From positions 1 to 54,585 of IMG/VR virus record IMGVR_UViG_3300021066_000072: 54,585 nt of DNA, one strand, 5' to 3'. Position numbers and translations under genes: made by a program. Position 1 is the stretch's first letter. Each line of letters opens with the position of its first letter. The notes under the pieces are model-generated. The model saw only the letters and a list, made by a program, of their open reading frames with translations, was not told the origin of the DNA and did not search any database. This DNA is from a virus (lineage: Duplodnaviria; Caudoviricetes). Shown here in pieces: positions 44,766 through 53,830 of this stretch.

Positions 44766-45028
44766 CGCCGAGCCTCCCATTCACGCGCCATTGCCTCCAG
44801 CTCCGGCTTTGCCTCGTCGTGGAGTAGCTCTCGATACGACCGGCGCTCTCGTCGCTTGACGTCGAGGAGGACGAGTACGACCGGCAGATACGCGCAGCTC
44901 AGAAGGAAAAGAGCGAGCACTGGTACTCCTTTGAAAAAGGAAACCCCGGATTTCGCAGCCGGGTCTGCCGTCACGGCGATTGGCCGACGGGGCGCATCTG
45001 GCCAGCCAGCGACGTGACGCAAAAGAAA

Positions 45029-45436
45029 TCAAGGTTTCACCCTCTCGTCGTCGATTAGCTCAACACCGCTCTCGCCAAAGCGGGCGGCAACTCTGTATTC
45101 GAGGTCGCGCAAGCGCTCCTTATCGGAGCGAGGTCTCACGGGCGCTGACTTGCGCCCGAAGCACGACATCGACGCATCCAGATAGTCAGTGCGCTCCTGC
45201 TCAGTCGCGAAGCGAAGGACCTGAAACCGGAGCCTCTGGTCGAAGTAGCGGCCGTCCTCTCCGTCAAGCGCCTGACGGATATGCGATTTGGTCAGTCCAG
45301 TTGCCCCGACTACAACGTCGAGACCGAGCCGGGCGACGATGTCGCATAGCACTCGCCGAGCACGGCGATCCGACTCATCGACCTGCGCCGCGGAAACTCC
45401 GGCTCCGGCTACTTTCGCGAATAAATCCGCGGTCAT
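45029..45436 (-). CDS. CII-position HTH-like regulator
   Basis: GLDVVVGATGLTKSHIRQAL; between cro-like gene and initiator. Confidence 0.5.
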   Translation of the reverse strand: MTADLFAKVAGAGVSAAQVDESDRRARRVLCDIVARLGLDVVVGATGLTKSHIRQALDGEDGRYFDQRLRFQVLRFATEQERTDYLDASMSCFGRKSAPVRPRSDKERLRDLEYRVAARFGESGVELIDDERVKP

Positions 45437-45615
45437 CGACGGCTCCGCGGAAACGCATGGAAAAGGTTTTTCCGGACAATTCCATGGCGACGATCGACAC
45501 CTCGATCAATGCTGATCTCGTGAAGGGCGCTGTGGTCACCAGTGATGAAATCAGAAAGATATTGACGGTAATATTTCCTAGTGGCAAAAGTGGCAGATCG
45601 CTTTGCGAACAACAC

Positions 45616-45870
45616 TTAGGCTGCCTCTTTGGAGGCTCGTTGGGCGAACTCAAGAGCAGTGAGGCCGTAGGCCTTCAGAATCACGGGCAGATCGTCGGCG
45701 GGGAAGGTGCAGGTGCCGGTTTCAAGTCGGCTGATTGTTGAGATATCGCTCCTGAGTCTCTCGGCGACGTCCGAGAGCCTCTCATTCGCCCCCTGTCGGG
45801 CCTGGCGCAGCCAGTCGCCGATCCACGGGGTCATGCGGCGCCTGCCTGCGAGACCCTTGTTCTTTGCCAT
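45616..45870 (-). CDS. XRE-family HTH (Cro-like)
   Basis: LRQARQ...LSDVAERL..DISTISRLETG. Confidence 0.85.
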   Translation of the reverse strand: MAKNKGLAGRRRMTPWIGDWLRQARQGANERLSDVAERLRSDISTISRLETGTCTFPADDLPVILKAYGLTALEFAQRASKEAA

Positions 45871-45881
45871 ATCGAGAGACA

Positions 45882-45909
45882 ACCTTGCACAGAGTACAAA
45901 GTTCGTCAA
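45882..45909 (-). promoter_or_regulatory. Operator O1 overlapping leftward promoter
   Basis: ACCTTGCA-N5-TACAAAGT at 45882-45902; minus-strand TTGACG-17-AAGGTT. Confidence 0.65.
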
Positions 45910-45977
45910 GACACGTTGAAAGCTCGTCTCGACAAGTTGACCTGTGTACAACCTATAGCCCCGATACCATTCGGAAC

Positions 45978-46469
45978 GTGAAGACAGCTGACGCCCGTAG
46001 ACAGACCTTTCCCGCTCCGCAGTGGTGGATCGACGCTGCGTACTCGGCAACTCGTATGAAGGGATCGCAGGCAAGGCTGATTCGAGACCTGCGGGTGCGA
46101 TTCGGCGCTACATACGACCCGGCGGAGGTCTCGCGCTGCTGCAGCGGTGAGAGGGTGCTCGTGGTGCTCGCGCAACAAATTTCTTCGGTCCTTGGGATTC
46201 CCCAGCCGATTTACATTCCGGTCACCCTAGAAGAGTCAGTGCGGATGGGTCAGCAGCGGGAACTGACTGATCGCCGAGCGCTCGCCGAGCACAGACTCAC
46301 ACTAGAGGTCGATCCAAGAGTCGAGGCTGTCAGGACTGAACTACAAGAAGAGGTGAGCGTTTCTGACACAGTCCAGGTTAATCACGCGCTAAGCTCCACT
46401 CATGGCAGCAGACTATCGGGACGATCCAGACGAGTGGGCAGTGCTCGGCCGCGAGTTGCAAAAGGCTGA
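45978..46469 (+). CDS. Divergent HTH protein, probable immunity repressor
   Basis: Divergent from cro-like gene; SQARL...AEVSRCCSG...LAQQISSVLGI; no S24 peptidase seen. Confidence 0.55.
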   Translation: MKTADARRQTFPAPQWWIDAAYSATRMKGSQARLIRDLRVRFGATYDPAEVSRCCSGERVLVVLAQQISSVLGIPQPIYIPVTLEESVRMGQQRELTDRRALAEHRLTLEVDPRVEAVRTELQEEVSVSDTVQVNHALSSTHGSRLSGRSRRVGSARPRVAKG

Positions 46470-46599
46470 TCCACGCAGATATCTCGAGTTACTCAGCCTG
46501 GCGCGGAAGATCATCGAAATACATCGGGACCCATACTCTCTCTCTCACGGTCTCGATCCGTTCTACTCCTGGCCAATGAACCAGAAGCACTTGTCCTAA
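46402..46599 (+). CDS. Small hypothetical protein overlapping the repressor 3' end
   Basis: Protein-like composition. Confidence 0.5.
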   Translation: MAADYRDDPDEWAVLGRELQKADPRRYLELLSLARKIIEIHRDPYSLSHGLDPFYSWPMNQKHLS

Positions 46600-46609
46600 G
46601 GTTTCGAGT

Positions 46610-46672
46610 ACTTTGCAGACAGTACAAAATTGAGTCTTGACGGCCGCCCATATTTTGTAGAAAGTACAAAGT
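46610..46672 (+). promoter_or_regulatory. Operators O2/O3 flanking rightward promoter
   Basis: ACTTTGCA-N5-TACAAAAT (46610-46630) and ATTTTGTA-N5-TACAAAGT (46652-46672); TTGACG at 46637. Confidence 0.7.
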
Positions 46673-46975
46673 ATGGATGCCGCGCTCAATTCAGGGCCGC
46701 TCACTGGCCCTTCACGTTGTAGCCGTACAACCCTCTCGCTGGGTCAGCGAGCGTTCGAGATCGACGGGCCGGACGGCGGCGAATATGCCGTCTCGGTCTC
46801 GGACGGATTGGCCACTGTTTGGCGTCAGTGTCGCAATGACGTGACCGGCTACCCCGGTTGGGAATCCGTGGGCGATGCGTTGTGGAACGGGTACGCACTC
46901 GTCGAATGCGACGACGAGCTCACTGACGCTGTTATCGCCGGGGCGGAGGACACGATCGCGGAGGTGCTGTCGTGA
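46673..46975 (+). CDS. Hypothetical early protein
   Basis: ATG immediately after O3. Confidence 0.6.
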   Translation: MDAALNSGPLTGPSRCSRTTLSLGQRAFEIDGPDGGEYAVSVSDGLATVWRQCRNDVTGYPGWESVGDALWNGYALVECDDELTDAVIAGAEDTIAEVLS

Positions 46976-47105
46976 CTCGCCTGTGCGATCTGTGCGGTGG
47001 GTGGGGCGTGTACCCAGTCTGCGCCAAGTGTGGCGTGCGGGTCGCGGCCACGCGGGCTGACGGGGTCGACGTTGACCGAGTCGCGCGGAAACGGAAGGTG
47101 GCCAA

Positions 47106-47345
47106 GTGATCGGCCCGTCATGGCTCTCCGTCTATGGCGTCCCGCCGGATGTCTACGGCGGACGAGATGCACTCGTGGATCTCGCGATCATCGGCTATGC
47201 GATCGGCGCGGCACTCAACGCCGAGAAGCGGATGACCCGCGGCTCGACGCGATACTCGCGGTCGTTCGACCGAACCACGCCGATTGCCGTCCGCTCACTG
47301 AGCGAGGTGGCCGGTGAATGGCACCAGGAGCTCGCGTCCAGATGA
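47106..47345 (+). CDS. Hypothetical protein
   Basis: ATGA overlap downstream. Confidence 0.5.
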   Translation: MIGPSWLSVYGVPPDVYGGRDALVDLAIIGYAIGAALNAEKRMTRGSTRYSRSFDRTTPIAVRSLSEVAGEWHQELASR

Positions 47346-47542
47346 AGCCGATCGCCAAGGACGACGTGACCCGTCTGCGCGAGATTCGCGCGGCTGCTTT
47401 CTACGCGCACTGCACGCGCTGTGACGACTGCAATTTCGACAAGCCGTGCATGGGGTGCGCATTCAACAACGCCAGTGACACCGGGCACTCGTGCAATTGC
47501 CGCGGAGAAGGCGCTCGCCTTAGGAAGGCGGCTGGATTTTGA
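47342..47542 (+). CDS. Small Cys-rich protein
   Basis: HCxxCxxC....CxxC...CxC; AGGAG SD. Confidence 0.55.
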   Translation: MKPIAKDDVTRLREIRAAAFYAHCTRCDDCNFDKPCMGCAFNNASDTGHSCNCRGEGARLRKAAGF

Positions 47543-48483
47543 GCGCAGACCGATGGTCTGTCACGCGTATGCGCGCTTGGCACCGTTGTCATAGGCTTTA
47601 CCACTACCGCTATTGCCTCGACCTTGGCGAGCCGCAGACCGACGCCCAGGCCTTCGGCTCGGTAGGTCATGAAGTTCTCGAACACTGTCTTCGATCAGAC
47701 AAGGGGGAAGAACTTCCGGAGTTGCGCTCAAAGTTAACGGACGCCTACGAGCTAGCGAGGCTACAGGCTAGCCTGTATGGCTACAGAACGCGTTGGTCTC
47801 ATGTCCGATGGGAAGTCCTAGGCGTTGAGGTTCCGTTTGAATTCGAGCTGGCTGGACACGTAATCAACGGCCGGATGGACGGCATCGTGCGTGACCTCGA
47901 CGACGGTCGAGTGTTCGTTCTCGAGCATAAATTCACTTCGTCTGACACGTCGCCAGGATCGTCCTATTGGGAAAGGCTTGCTGTTGATACGCAGATTGGT
48001 GTTTATATCGATGGAGCTGCAGTGCTGGGGCACGATGTGGCCGGTGTTATCTACGACGTAATCGTAAAGCCTTCGCATAAGGTAAAGCGCGCAACTCCAC
48101 TCGCCGATCGCAAATACACAAAGGGCTCAGCGAAAGAGCTGCCTCGTCTCTATGCCGGGCAGCGAGAGACTGACGAGACGCCGGATGAATTCTACGATCG
48201 TATCTGCGAGGACATTGCAGCGCGGCCGGCCGACTACTACCAGCGCGCCATCATCGTTCGCACTGGCGATGAGCTGTCACAGCTGCGCAATGACATTCTC
48301 CAGACGATTCACCTTGCGCGAGTCGCTGAGATGTTCGACGTCGCCCCGAGAAACCCAGATGCCTGCTTTCAATATGGCTCGCGTTGTTTTTTCTGGGACG
48401 CTTGTCTGGGTGCTGCTGATATAGCTGACACTCTACGTTTTCCGCGTCGCACTCGTACTGAGTCGACTGCGCAACTGCCCTGA
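47539..48483 (+). CDS. PD-(D/E)XK nuclease, Cas4/RecB-like
   Basis: N-terminal Cys, GS.GH, GRMDG..LEHK, Q..VY, C-terminal C..C..C (Fe-S type). Confidence 0.88.
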   Translation: MSADRWSVTRMRAWHRCHRLYHYRYCLDLGEPQTDAQAFGSVGHEVLEHCLRSDKGEELPELRSKLTDAYELARLQASLYGYRTRWSHVRWEVLGVEVPFEFELAGHVINGRMDGIVRDLDDGRVFVLEHKFTSSDTSPGSSYWERLAVDTQIGVYIDGAAVLGHDVAGVIYDVIVKPSHKVKRATPLADRKYTKGSAKELPRLYAGQRETDETPDEFYDRICEDIAARPADYYQRAIIVRTGDELSQLRNDILQTIHLARVAEMFDVAPRNPDACFQYGSRCFFWDACLGAADIADTLRFPRRTRTESTAQLP

Positions 48484-48508
48484 GTTCGAGCGAAGGAGGC
48501 TCGTCCAG

Positions 48509-49585
48509 ATGGCTTCTCCAATGCCACGTCCTATACCTGCGCCCAATGGCGCCGCGCCGGCAGCGCAATCTGCCAACCGCAACGCGCCGGCAGCGCGAGT
48601 CTCGAAACTCGGCGACGTCAAAAAAGGTCCGCTCGTCACGGCGAAAAGATTGGTGGTGTACGGAATCCGAGGAATCGGAAAAAGCAGTCTTGCCGCCGAT
48701 GCGCCCGAGCCGATCTTTCTCGACCTCGGAAATGCGACCGAACATCTCAATGTCGCACGCTATCCACTGCCACCTGAGCCGTCCTATCGAGACATCCTCG
48801 ACGCCATCAACGACCTACTGCTCAGCGAGCATCCGTACAAGACACTGGTCATCGAGGACCTCGGAGAGCTCGAGTCGCTCTTATGGCGGATGCTCATCAC
48901 AGAGGCTCCAATGGGCCGTGACGGCGATAAGCCGACGACGATCGAGGGCTTCGGGTTCGGCAAGGGATATAATATTGCCGAGGCCGAGTGGCGAGTGCTC
49001 GTTCACTCCCTGGATCAACTGCGGCTGAAGAAAGGCATGAACGTGATCATGCTCGGCCACTCCGTGCTCACGACGGTTAAAAATCCGTCAGGCGAGAACT
49101 ACGACAAGTACGTCCCATTGATCCATACCAAGGCTGTCGGCGTAATTGCAGCGAGCGCTGACGTGGTCGCGTTCGCGACGTTCGACGACGTCGCCAAAAG
49201 GATTCAGTCAGGGCCAGCCAAAAAGACTATCGGCGTCACCGGCAATCGAGTTCTCCACCTCGAGCACTCGGCGGCCTGGGATGCGAAGTGTCGGCTCCCT
49301 ATGCCGGCGATGATCGACCTGCAGGAGATAAATCCATGGGCTCCCTTTGCCGAAGCAATCGAACGCCTGCACTCGATGTCCCCGAATGCTCTCCGCCAGC
49401 AAATAACGAAGGAACTCATCCGACTTGGAGAGAGCTTTACTCGAGCCGACGGAAAACCTGGGGACGCCGCAAAAGCACGTCAAGCCGTCTCCGAGGCTGG
49501 GGACGATATCGCGAAATTGTTCAAGTATCTGACTAGCCTCCAGCAAGCATCGCCACTCGCCACACAGGAGCAAGGCAATGAGTGA
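48509..49585 (+). CDS. AAA_24 / Sak4-like ATPase
   Basis: VYGIRGIGKSS, YKTLVIED, GFGKGY, LGHS, AWDAK.R. Confidence 0.88.
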   Translation: MASPMPRPIPAPNGAAPAAQSANRNAPAARVSKLGDVKKGPLVTAKRLVVYGIRGIGKSSLAADAPEPIFLDLGNATEHLNVARYPLPPEPSYRDILDAINDLLLSEHPYKTLVIEDLGELESLLWRMLITEAPMGRDGDKPTTIEGFGFGKGYNIAEAEWRVLVHSLDQLRLKKGMNVIMLGHSVLTTVKNPSGENYDKYVPLIHTKAVGVIAASADVVAFATFDDVAKRIQSGPAKKTIGVTGNRVLHLEHSAAWDAKCRLPMPAMIDLQEINPWAPFAEAIERLHSMSPNALRQQITKELIRLGESFTRADGKPGDAAKARQAVSEAGDDIAKLFKYLTSLQQASPLATQEQGNE

Positions 49586-49847
49586 CAGGGTCGCAACTCG
49601 TCCAGAGTGGACGAAGTCGGATAATGCCGAGTGTCTCTGGCTTGAAGACGATGTCACTCCGGGGCTGCCAGGTCACGAGGGACCTTATGCGGCTTGGGTG
49701 AGGCTTTTTGGCAGCATGCCAACAATTCCACATCTGGACAAATACGACGGAGGTGATTCGGATTACTTCCTGTATGAGCACGGCCGAATCATGATCCACT
49801 CGTTTCCTGGCAACAGCGAAATCCGTCTTCTCAAGGGAGCCAAGTAA
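49578..49847 (+). CDS. Hypothetical protein
   Basis: AGGAG SD. Confidence 0.55.
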   Translation: MSDRVATRPEWTKSDNAECLWLEDDVTPGLPGHEGPYAAWVRLFGSMPTIPHLDKYDGGDSDYFLYEHGRIMIHSFPGNSEIRLLKGAK

Positions 49848-50399
49848 ATGACCACTCGAAATCTTACCCCGGAGGGCCGCTATCCCGGCGTCCTCCGAAC
49901 CGTTCAGTTCGCAGATGCAAAAACTGGCACCACCCAGGCCGTTCTTGGGTTCGAATTCACCGACGAGTCTGGTCAGCCGACCAATCAATTCATGCCATAT
50001 TTCGGCGCGCTCACCGACGCGGCAATCGATTTCACGGTCGAGGCCCTGCGAAACTGCGGCTGGGAGGGTGACGATCTGTCTGAGCTGCCGGCGCTCGTCG
50101 AGTCAGGCGCACTCTCTTCGCCGGTGCAGCTGGTCGTTGTGCACGAGGAATACAACGGCGAGTGGCGCGCAAAGATCAAATTCGTGAATCGTGCCGGCGG
50201 CGGAAAGCTTCGTCTCGAGCGAGAGCTGGACGACGCCGGACTAAAAAGCTTCGCCCAGCGGATGAAGTCGCGCGTGCGTGCGGCCGGTCGCGATCGCGTT
50301 CCGAGGTCGAGCGGTAACGGCCATGCGTCGAGCCCTAAACCGGGTATGCCACCGCAACGCGATACGCCTCCGCCGAACGACGACGATATCCCGTTCTGA
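49848..50399 (+). CDS. Phage single-stranded DNA-binding protein
   Basis: PEGRY, KTGT, EEYNG, acidic DDDIPF tail; follows Sak4. Confidence 0.8.
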   Translation: MTTRNLTPEGRYPGVLRTVQFADAKTGTTQAVLGFEFTDESGQPTNQFMPYFGALTDAAIDFTVEALRNCGWEGDDLSELPALVESGALSSPVQLVVVHEEYNGEWRAKIKFVNRAGGGKLRLERELDDAGLKSFAQRMKSRVRAAGRDRVPRSSGNGHASSPKPGMPPQRDTPPPNDDDIPF

Positions 50400-50443
50400 T
50401 TCTTCGGACAGAAAGTAATGGACCCATAAAAATGGGGGGGGAT

Positions 50444-51028
50444 ATGCGCGCTTTCCACAACGACCCTGCGATCAAAACAAAATACCTAGACCGTGTCCGC
50501 GCTCACCGCGCTGCTGACAACCTGATTCAAGGCACAGGGTGGGAGGACGGTAAGGGTTGCGCCGTAGGGTGCACCCTAGAGAGCTACGACCACGCGCGCT
50601 ATCCGATCGAGCTCGGTGTGCCGGAGGTGTTGGCCTACCTAGAGGATGGTTTGTTTGAGCGCCTACCGCCGAGCCACGCACAGCTGTGGCCCGAGCGTTT
50701 TCTGACCTCGATCAACGTGGGTGCCGATCTCAGCGGTGTGTGGCCACAGTTTGCGGTTTGGCTGTTGTCGGATCCTGTGCACGGGGTGCTGCGGTACGCC
50801 GACGAGCGCACCAAACCGTTGATCGAAAAAATCTGTGCCCTGTACCGTGACGGAGGGACGGAGCAGGATTTCCGTGAGGCTGCACAGGCGGCGGATGCGG
50901 CGTGCGCGGCGGCGTGCGCGGCGTGCGCGGCGGAGGCGGTGGCGGCGGATGCGGCGCGGGCGGCGGCGGACGCTTGGACCCAAGCCGCCGCGGAAAAACT
51001 TCTCAATCTTTTGTCTGAGTCGGCGTGA
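50444..51028 (+). CDS. Hypothetical phage protein with Ala-rich repeat
   Basis: GKGCAVGCTL..LGVP..LAYLED.LFE; GCG-rich tract at ~50888-50971. Confidence 0.7.
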   Translation: MRAFHNDPAIKTKYLDRVRAHRAADNLIQGTGWEDGKGCAVGCTLESYDHARYPIELGVPEVLAYLEDGLFERLPPSHAQLWPERFLTSINVGADLSGVWPQFAVWLLSDPVHGVLRYADERTKPLIEKICALYRDGGTEQDFREAAQAADAACAAACAACAAEAVAADAARAAADAWTQAAAEKLLNLLSESA

Positions 51029-51032
51029 GTAA

Positions 51033-51392
51033 TTGGTGATTAGGAGTAAAAAAATGGGTGACATATTCCGACCATTCACGCGGTTTAAACTTGGCGACGT
51101 CGTCACCTGGGAGAATCCGGTCTCTCGGTCGATAAAGGTCGGCGCAGTCACTGAGGTTGTTCGAGCCTGGCACCCGACGACAGTCGGACTGCCGGCGATG
51201 CACGGTCGACCGACGACGATGGCGGTGCCACGGACTTCTCCGCGTAGAGGACACGAGTCCTACGTGGTGGACGTGATCGAGAATGGGGTCACACGGCGTT
51301 ATTGGCCGCGTGTCTGCGGGCTGCGGAGGGCAGCCGAAGGCAGAGAGCGCGCCGTAGCGGAGATCGAATCTCGTCGGGAAAAAGCGGGATAG
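51033..51392 (+). CDS. Hypothetical protein (SH3-like; start may be 51054)
   Basis: FKLGDVVTW...RGHESYVV...YWPRV. Confidence 0.6.
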   Translation: MVIRSKKMGDIFRPFTRFKLGDVVTWENPVSRSIKVGAVTEVVRAWHPTTVGLPAMHGRPTTMAVPRTSPRRGHESYVVDVIENGVTRRYWPRVCGLRRAAEGRERAVAEIESRREKAG

Positions 51393-51402
51393 AGGGCAAA
51401 TA

Positions 51403-51666
51403 GTGAGCGCGCTTGACCGAAAACTCGACCGAGTGCTAGCGGAGCTGGCTCAAATCAGGCGGGCCTTGGCCGCCCGGCCAGTCGACGAGGAACCAGCATG
51501 GCAAGAGATGGATCAGCAACAGTCCACGGGCCCTACGTCCACGGACGACAGTTCAGACTCAAGATACGCCGAGGAGGTCGCACGGTTAATCGCAGCTTTG
51601 CCACCCGCGAAGAGGCAGAAGAGTTCAGGCGCGAAGTCGAGAAGCAGGCGACGGGGCGTAGCGTGA
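51403..51666 (+). CDS. Small protein overlapping the integrase start
   Basis: GAGGG SD; out-of-frame overlap with int. Confidence 0.4.
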   Translation: MSALDRKLDRVLAELAQIRRALAARPVDEEPAWQEMDQQQSTGPTSTDDSSDSRYAEEVARLIAALPPAKRQKSSGAKSRSRRRGVA

Positions 51667-52562
51667 GCGACGCGATCGAGGCCTACGCCAAGTACATGCA
51701 GGCTTCTGGCCTGAAGTCTACGAGCTGGCCGACGACGAGGCATCGACTGCGAGCTCTCCTCGGGGTGAGCCAAGCTTCTCTCGGTGGCCCACTGTCGGCG
51801 ATCACGCCGGCCAAGGCGAAGTCACTTTACGAAGCGATGAAGTCGCGGCCAACGCGCCGTGGCATTCCGCCTGCCGCGGACACGTGCCGCAATGCACTCG
51901 CCGAAGCCGGAACGTTCGCGCGCTGGTGCGTCGAGAAAGGGTGGCTCAAGAAGGATCCGTTCGCCGGGATCAAGGACCGCTCGCGACGGAGGAAGGGAAA
52001 GCCCCAGCTCGGCGTGGACGAGGCTCGGTCGATGACAAATTTGTGCCTTCGGCGCGCAGAAGACGGCGACCGGTCCGCGATCGCCGCTCTTTGTGCCTTC
52101 TTGCTCGGACTCCGGGCCAGCGAGGTGTCCGATCGCCGGGTCCGAGACATCGACGATGGCGGACGAGTCTACGTGGTTCCGGAGGCCAAGTCGGACGACG
52201 GCAAGCGACGGATAGAGATCCCCGAGGTACTCCGCCCTCACCTCCTGGCACTCACACAGGGGCGACCGCCGACCGCTCCGCTGTTTCGCAAGGACGATGG
52301 CAATCCGGCGACGCGATACTGGGTCGCCTACCACGTGGAGAGACTGCGCAAGATGGCCGGAGTGCGGAGGGTGACACCGCACGGCCTGCGCGGCACGCAC
52401 ACCACCCTCGCCCGGGTGTCTGGCCAGAGTGCCCTGGCGGTCGCGGCCTCAGTCGGCCACTCGAGCTCCGCTGTGACAGACGCTCACTACGTGGACGGCC
52501 AGGCGCTCGCAGCGGCCGAACGCAATCAACTTCTGCGCGTTGTACGAGGTGGGAAATCATGA
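51498..52562 (+). CDS. int: Tyrosine integrase
   Basis: GLRASE (R), AKS (K), HGLR, GHSS, HYV (Y); N-terminal arm-binding-like domain. Confidence 0.93.
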   Translation: MARDGSATVHGPYVHGRQFRLKIRRGGRTVNRSFATREEAEEFRREVEKQATGRSVSDAIEAYAKYMQASGLKSTSWPTTRHRLRALLGVSQASLGGPLSAITPAKAKSLYEAMKSRPTRRGIPPAADTCRNALAEAGTFARWCVEKGWLKKDPFAGIKDRSRRRKGKPQLGVDEARSMTNLCLRRAEDGDRSAIAALCAFLLGLRASEVSDRRVRDIDDGGRVYVVPEAKSDDGKRRIEIPEVLRPHLLALTQGRPPTAPLFRKDDGNPATRYWVAYHVERLRKMAGVRRVTPHGLRGTHTTLARVSGQSALAVAASVGHSSSAVTDAHYVDGQALAAAERNQLLRVVRGGKS

Positions 52563-52585
52563 GGCGGTACTTGAACGTCGTTTCC

Positions 52586-52832
52586 TTGGGAACAGGTACG
52601 AGATCTAGGTGTTCCCAAATCGGTTTCGGCGATTTTCAGCAATCACATCAGGAGCATTATTTGTGAGTAAATACAAACCGTTGCCTTGGTGCGAAAGGGG
52701 GGACTCGAACCCCCACGGTGTTACCCACTGGAACCTGAATCCAATCGCGGACAATGATCTCGCTGAGTCACGAGAAAAACGTGTTCCCAATGATCTGAAG
52801 GTGCCGAGAATTATTGGCGTCTTTTGGGAAAT
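52586..52832. promoter_or_regulatory. attP with candidate arm-type sites
   Basis: TTGGGAACA 52586, TGTTCCCAA 52610 and 52782, TTGGGAAAT 52824 around the core. Confidence 0.65.
52687..52743 (-). other. attP core: 3' part of tRNA-Leu(CAG)
   Basis: Minus strand TGGATTCAGGTTCCAGTGGGTAACACCGTGGGGGTTCGAGTCCCCCCTTTCGCACCA: CAG anticodon loop, long variable arm, T arm, CCA; 5' half absent. Confidence 0.9.
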
Positions 52833-52931
52833 GCCGGTCGTGGCACTTGTCGGGCTTGTCGCTCAATGCGTAGCGGCGCGCGTTGCTCGCCGAGCTGTCG
52901 GCCTTGTGTCTGCGCCGTTGGAGTGGCTGCC

Positions 52932-53417
52932 ATGAGCGGCGGCGGCACCGTTGGGTGCGAGTGCCCATACTGTCAGACGAAGCGACGGAAGATCCTCGCC
53001 GGCAACGAGCCTCCACCCCCCCATCGGGGGGTCGACCTCGACCGACTCGAAGCGCTGATCAAGGCGATGGCGCCGGGGCCTTGGGAAGATCCGGACACCG
53101 GAGGTCCGCACGGGCACGTCTATCCGGCCGTCGTCCGCAACGCCGCAGACAGTGCCGGCATCGTCGCGCTCGTCAACGCAGCGCCGGAGCTGATACGGCT
53201 GGCGCGGATCGGCGCGGCGTACATGAAGGAGCCGTTCCCCGGGGCCGAACCGTCCGATGCCGACGTCGAGCGAGTGGCACGGTATCTCTGGGCCAGCCAG
53301 AGCATAAATACCCCCATGCCGCCGTGGGAGAGATTCTCGGAATTCTTCAAGGACGAATGGCGCCGAGTCGCCCGTGCCGCAATCTCCGCCGGACTGAAGC
53401 CGGAGCTCATCCCATGA
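52932..53417 (+). CDS. Hypothetical protein (Ead/Ea22-like PGPW motif)
   Basis: CxCPYC; APGPW...IVALVNAAPEL. Confidence 0.65.
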   Translation: MSGGGTVGCECPYCQTKRRKILAGNEPPPPHRGVDLDRLEALIKAMAPGPWEDPDTGGPHGHVYPAVVRNAADSAGIVALVNAAPELIRLARIGAAYMKEPFPGAEPSDADVERVARYLWASQSINTPMPPWERFSEFFKDEWRRVARAAISAGLKPELIP

Positions 53418-53830
53418 GCACCGATCGCCTCGCCCTCATCGCCGCTACTGCCCGCAAGCAAGAGCCGGCCCCAGTGCGCCAAGTACCGCGACAGAGGCGC
53501 CCCAGCTCCCAGGCTCTGACTGCCGCCGGCATGTGCGTTCGCTGCTCGACCAGGCTTGGTGCAAACGAGAAACGACTTTGCTCGACCTGTCGCGATCGCA
53601 AAAACGCCCAGACCAGAGCCTGGAGAGCGAAGGTCGGCAAAGAGAAGCTGTCGGCCATGCGCAAGGAGTACGAGCAGGCGAGGAAAGCGGCTGGTCTCTG
53701 CCTCCGCTGCAATACAGCAGTCGTGCCTGAGCGCGTCTACTGCCGGCACCATCTCGAGTGGAATTCCACTAGCAAACGAAATGACCGTCGAGCAAGGAGG
53801 GTCCTCACTGGGACTGCGATAGGCCTGTGA
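53414..53830 (+). CDS. Double Zn-finger basic protein, similar to 42080-42421
   Basis: GMCxxC..CxxC..GLCxxC..CxxH; coupled overlaps. Confidence 0.7.
   Translation: MSTDRLALIAATARKQEPAPVRQVPRQRRPSSQALTAAGMCVRCSTRLGANEKRLCSTCRDRKNAQTRAWRAKVGKEKLSAMRKEYEQARKAAGLCLRCNTAVVPERVYCRHHLEWNSTSKRNDRRARRVLTGTAIGL

Noticed and set aside
47539-48483. CRISPR-Cas system implied by the Cas4-like nuclease
   Set aside because: No repeat-spacer array or other cas genes seen; the Sak4 plus SSB context indicates a recombination module
50888-50971. GCG-rich repeat as a regulatory or array element
   Set aside because: Simply encodes an Ala-rich low-complexity tract
52687-52743. Functional tRNA-Leu gene
   Set aside because: D arm and 5' acceptor strand are missing; position next to int fits an attP core
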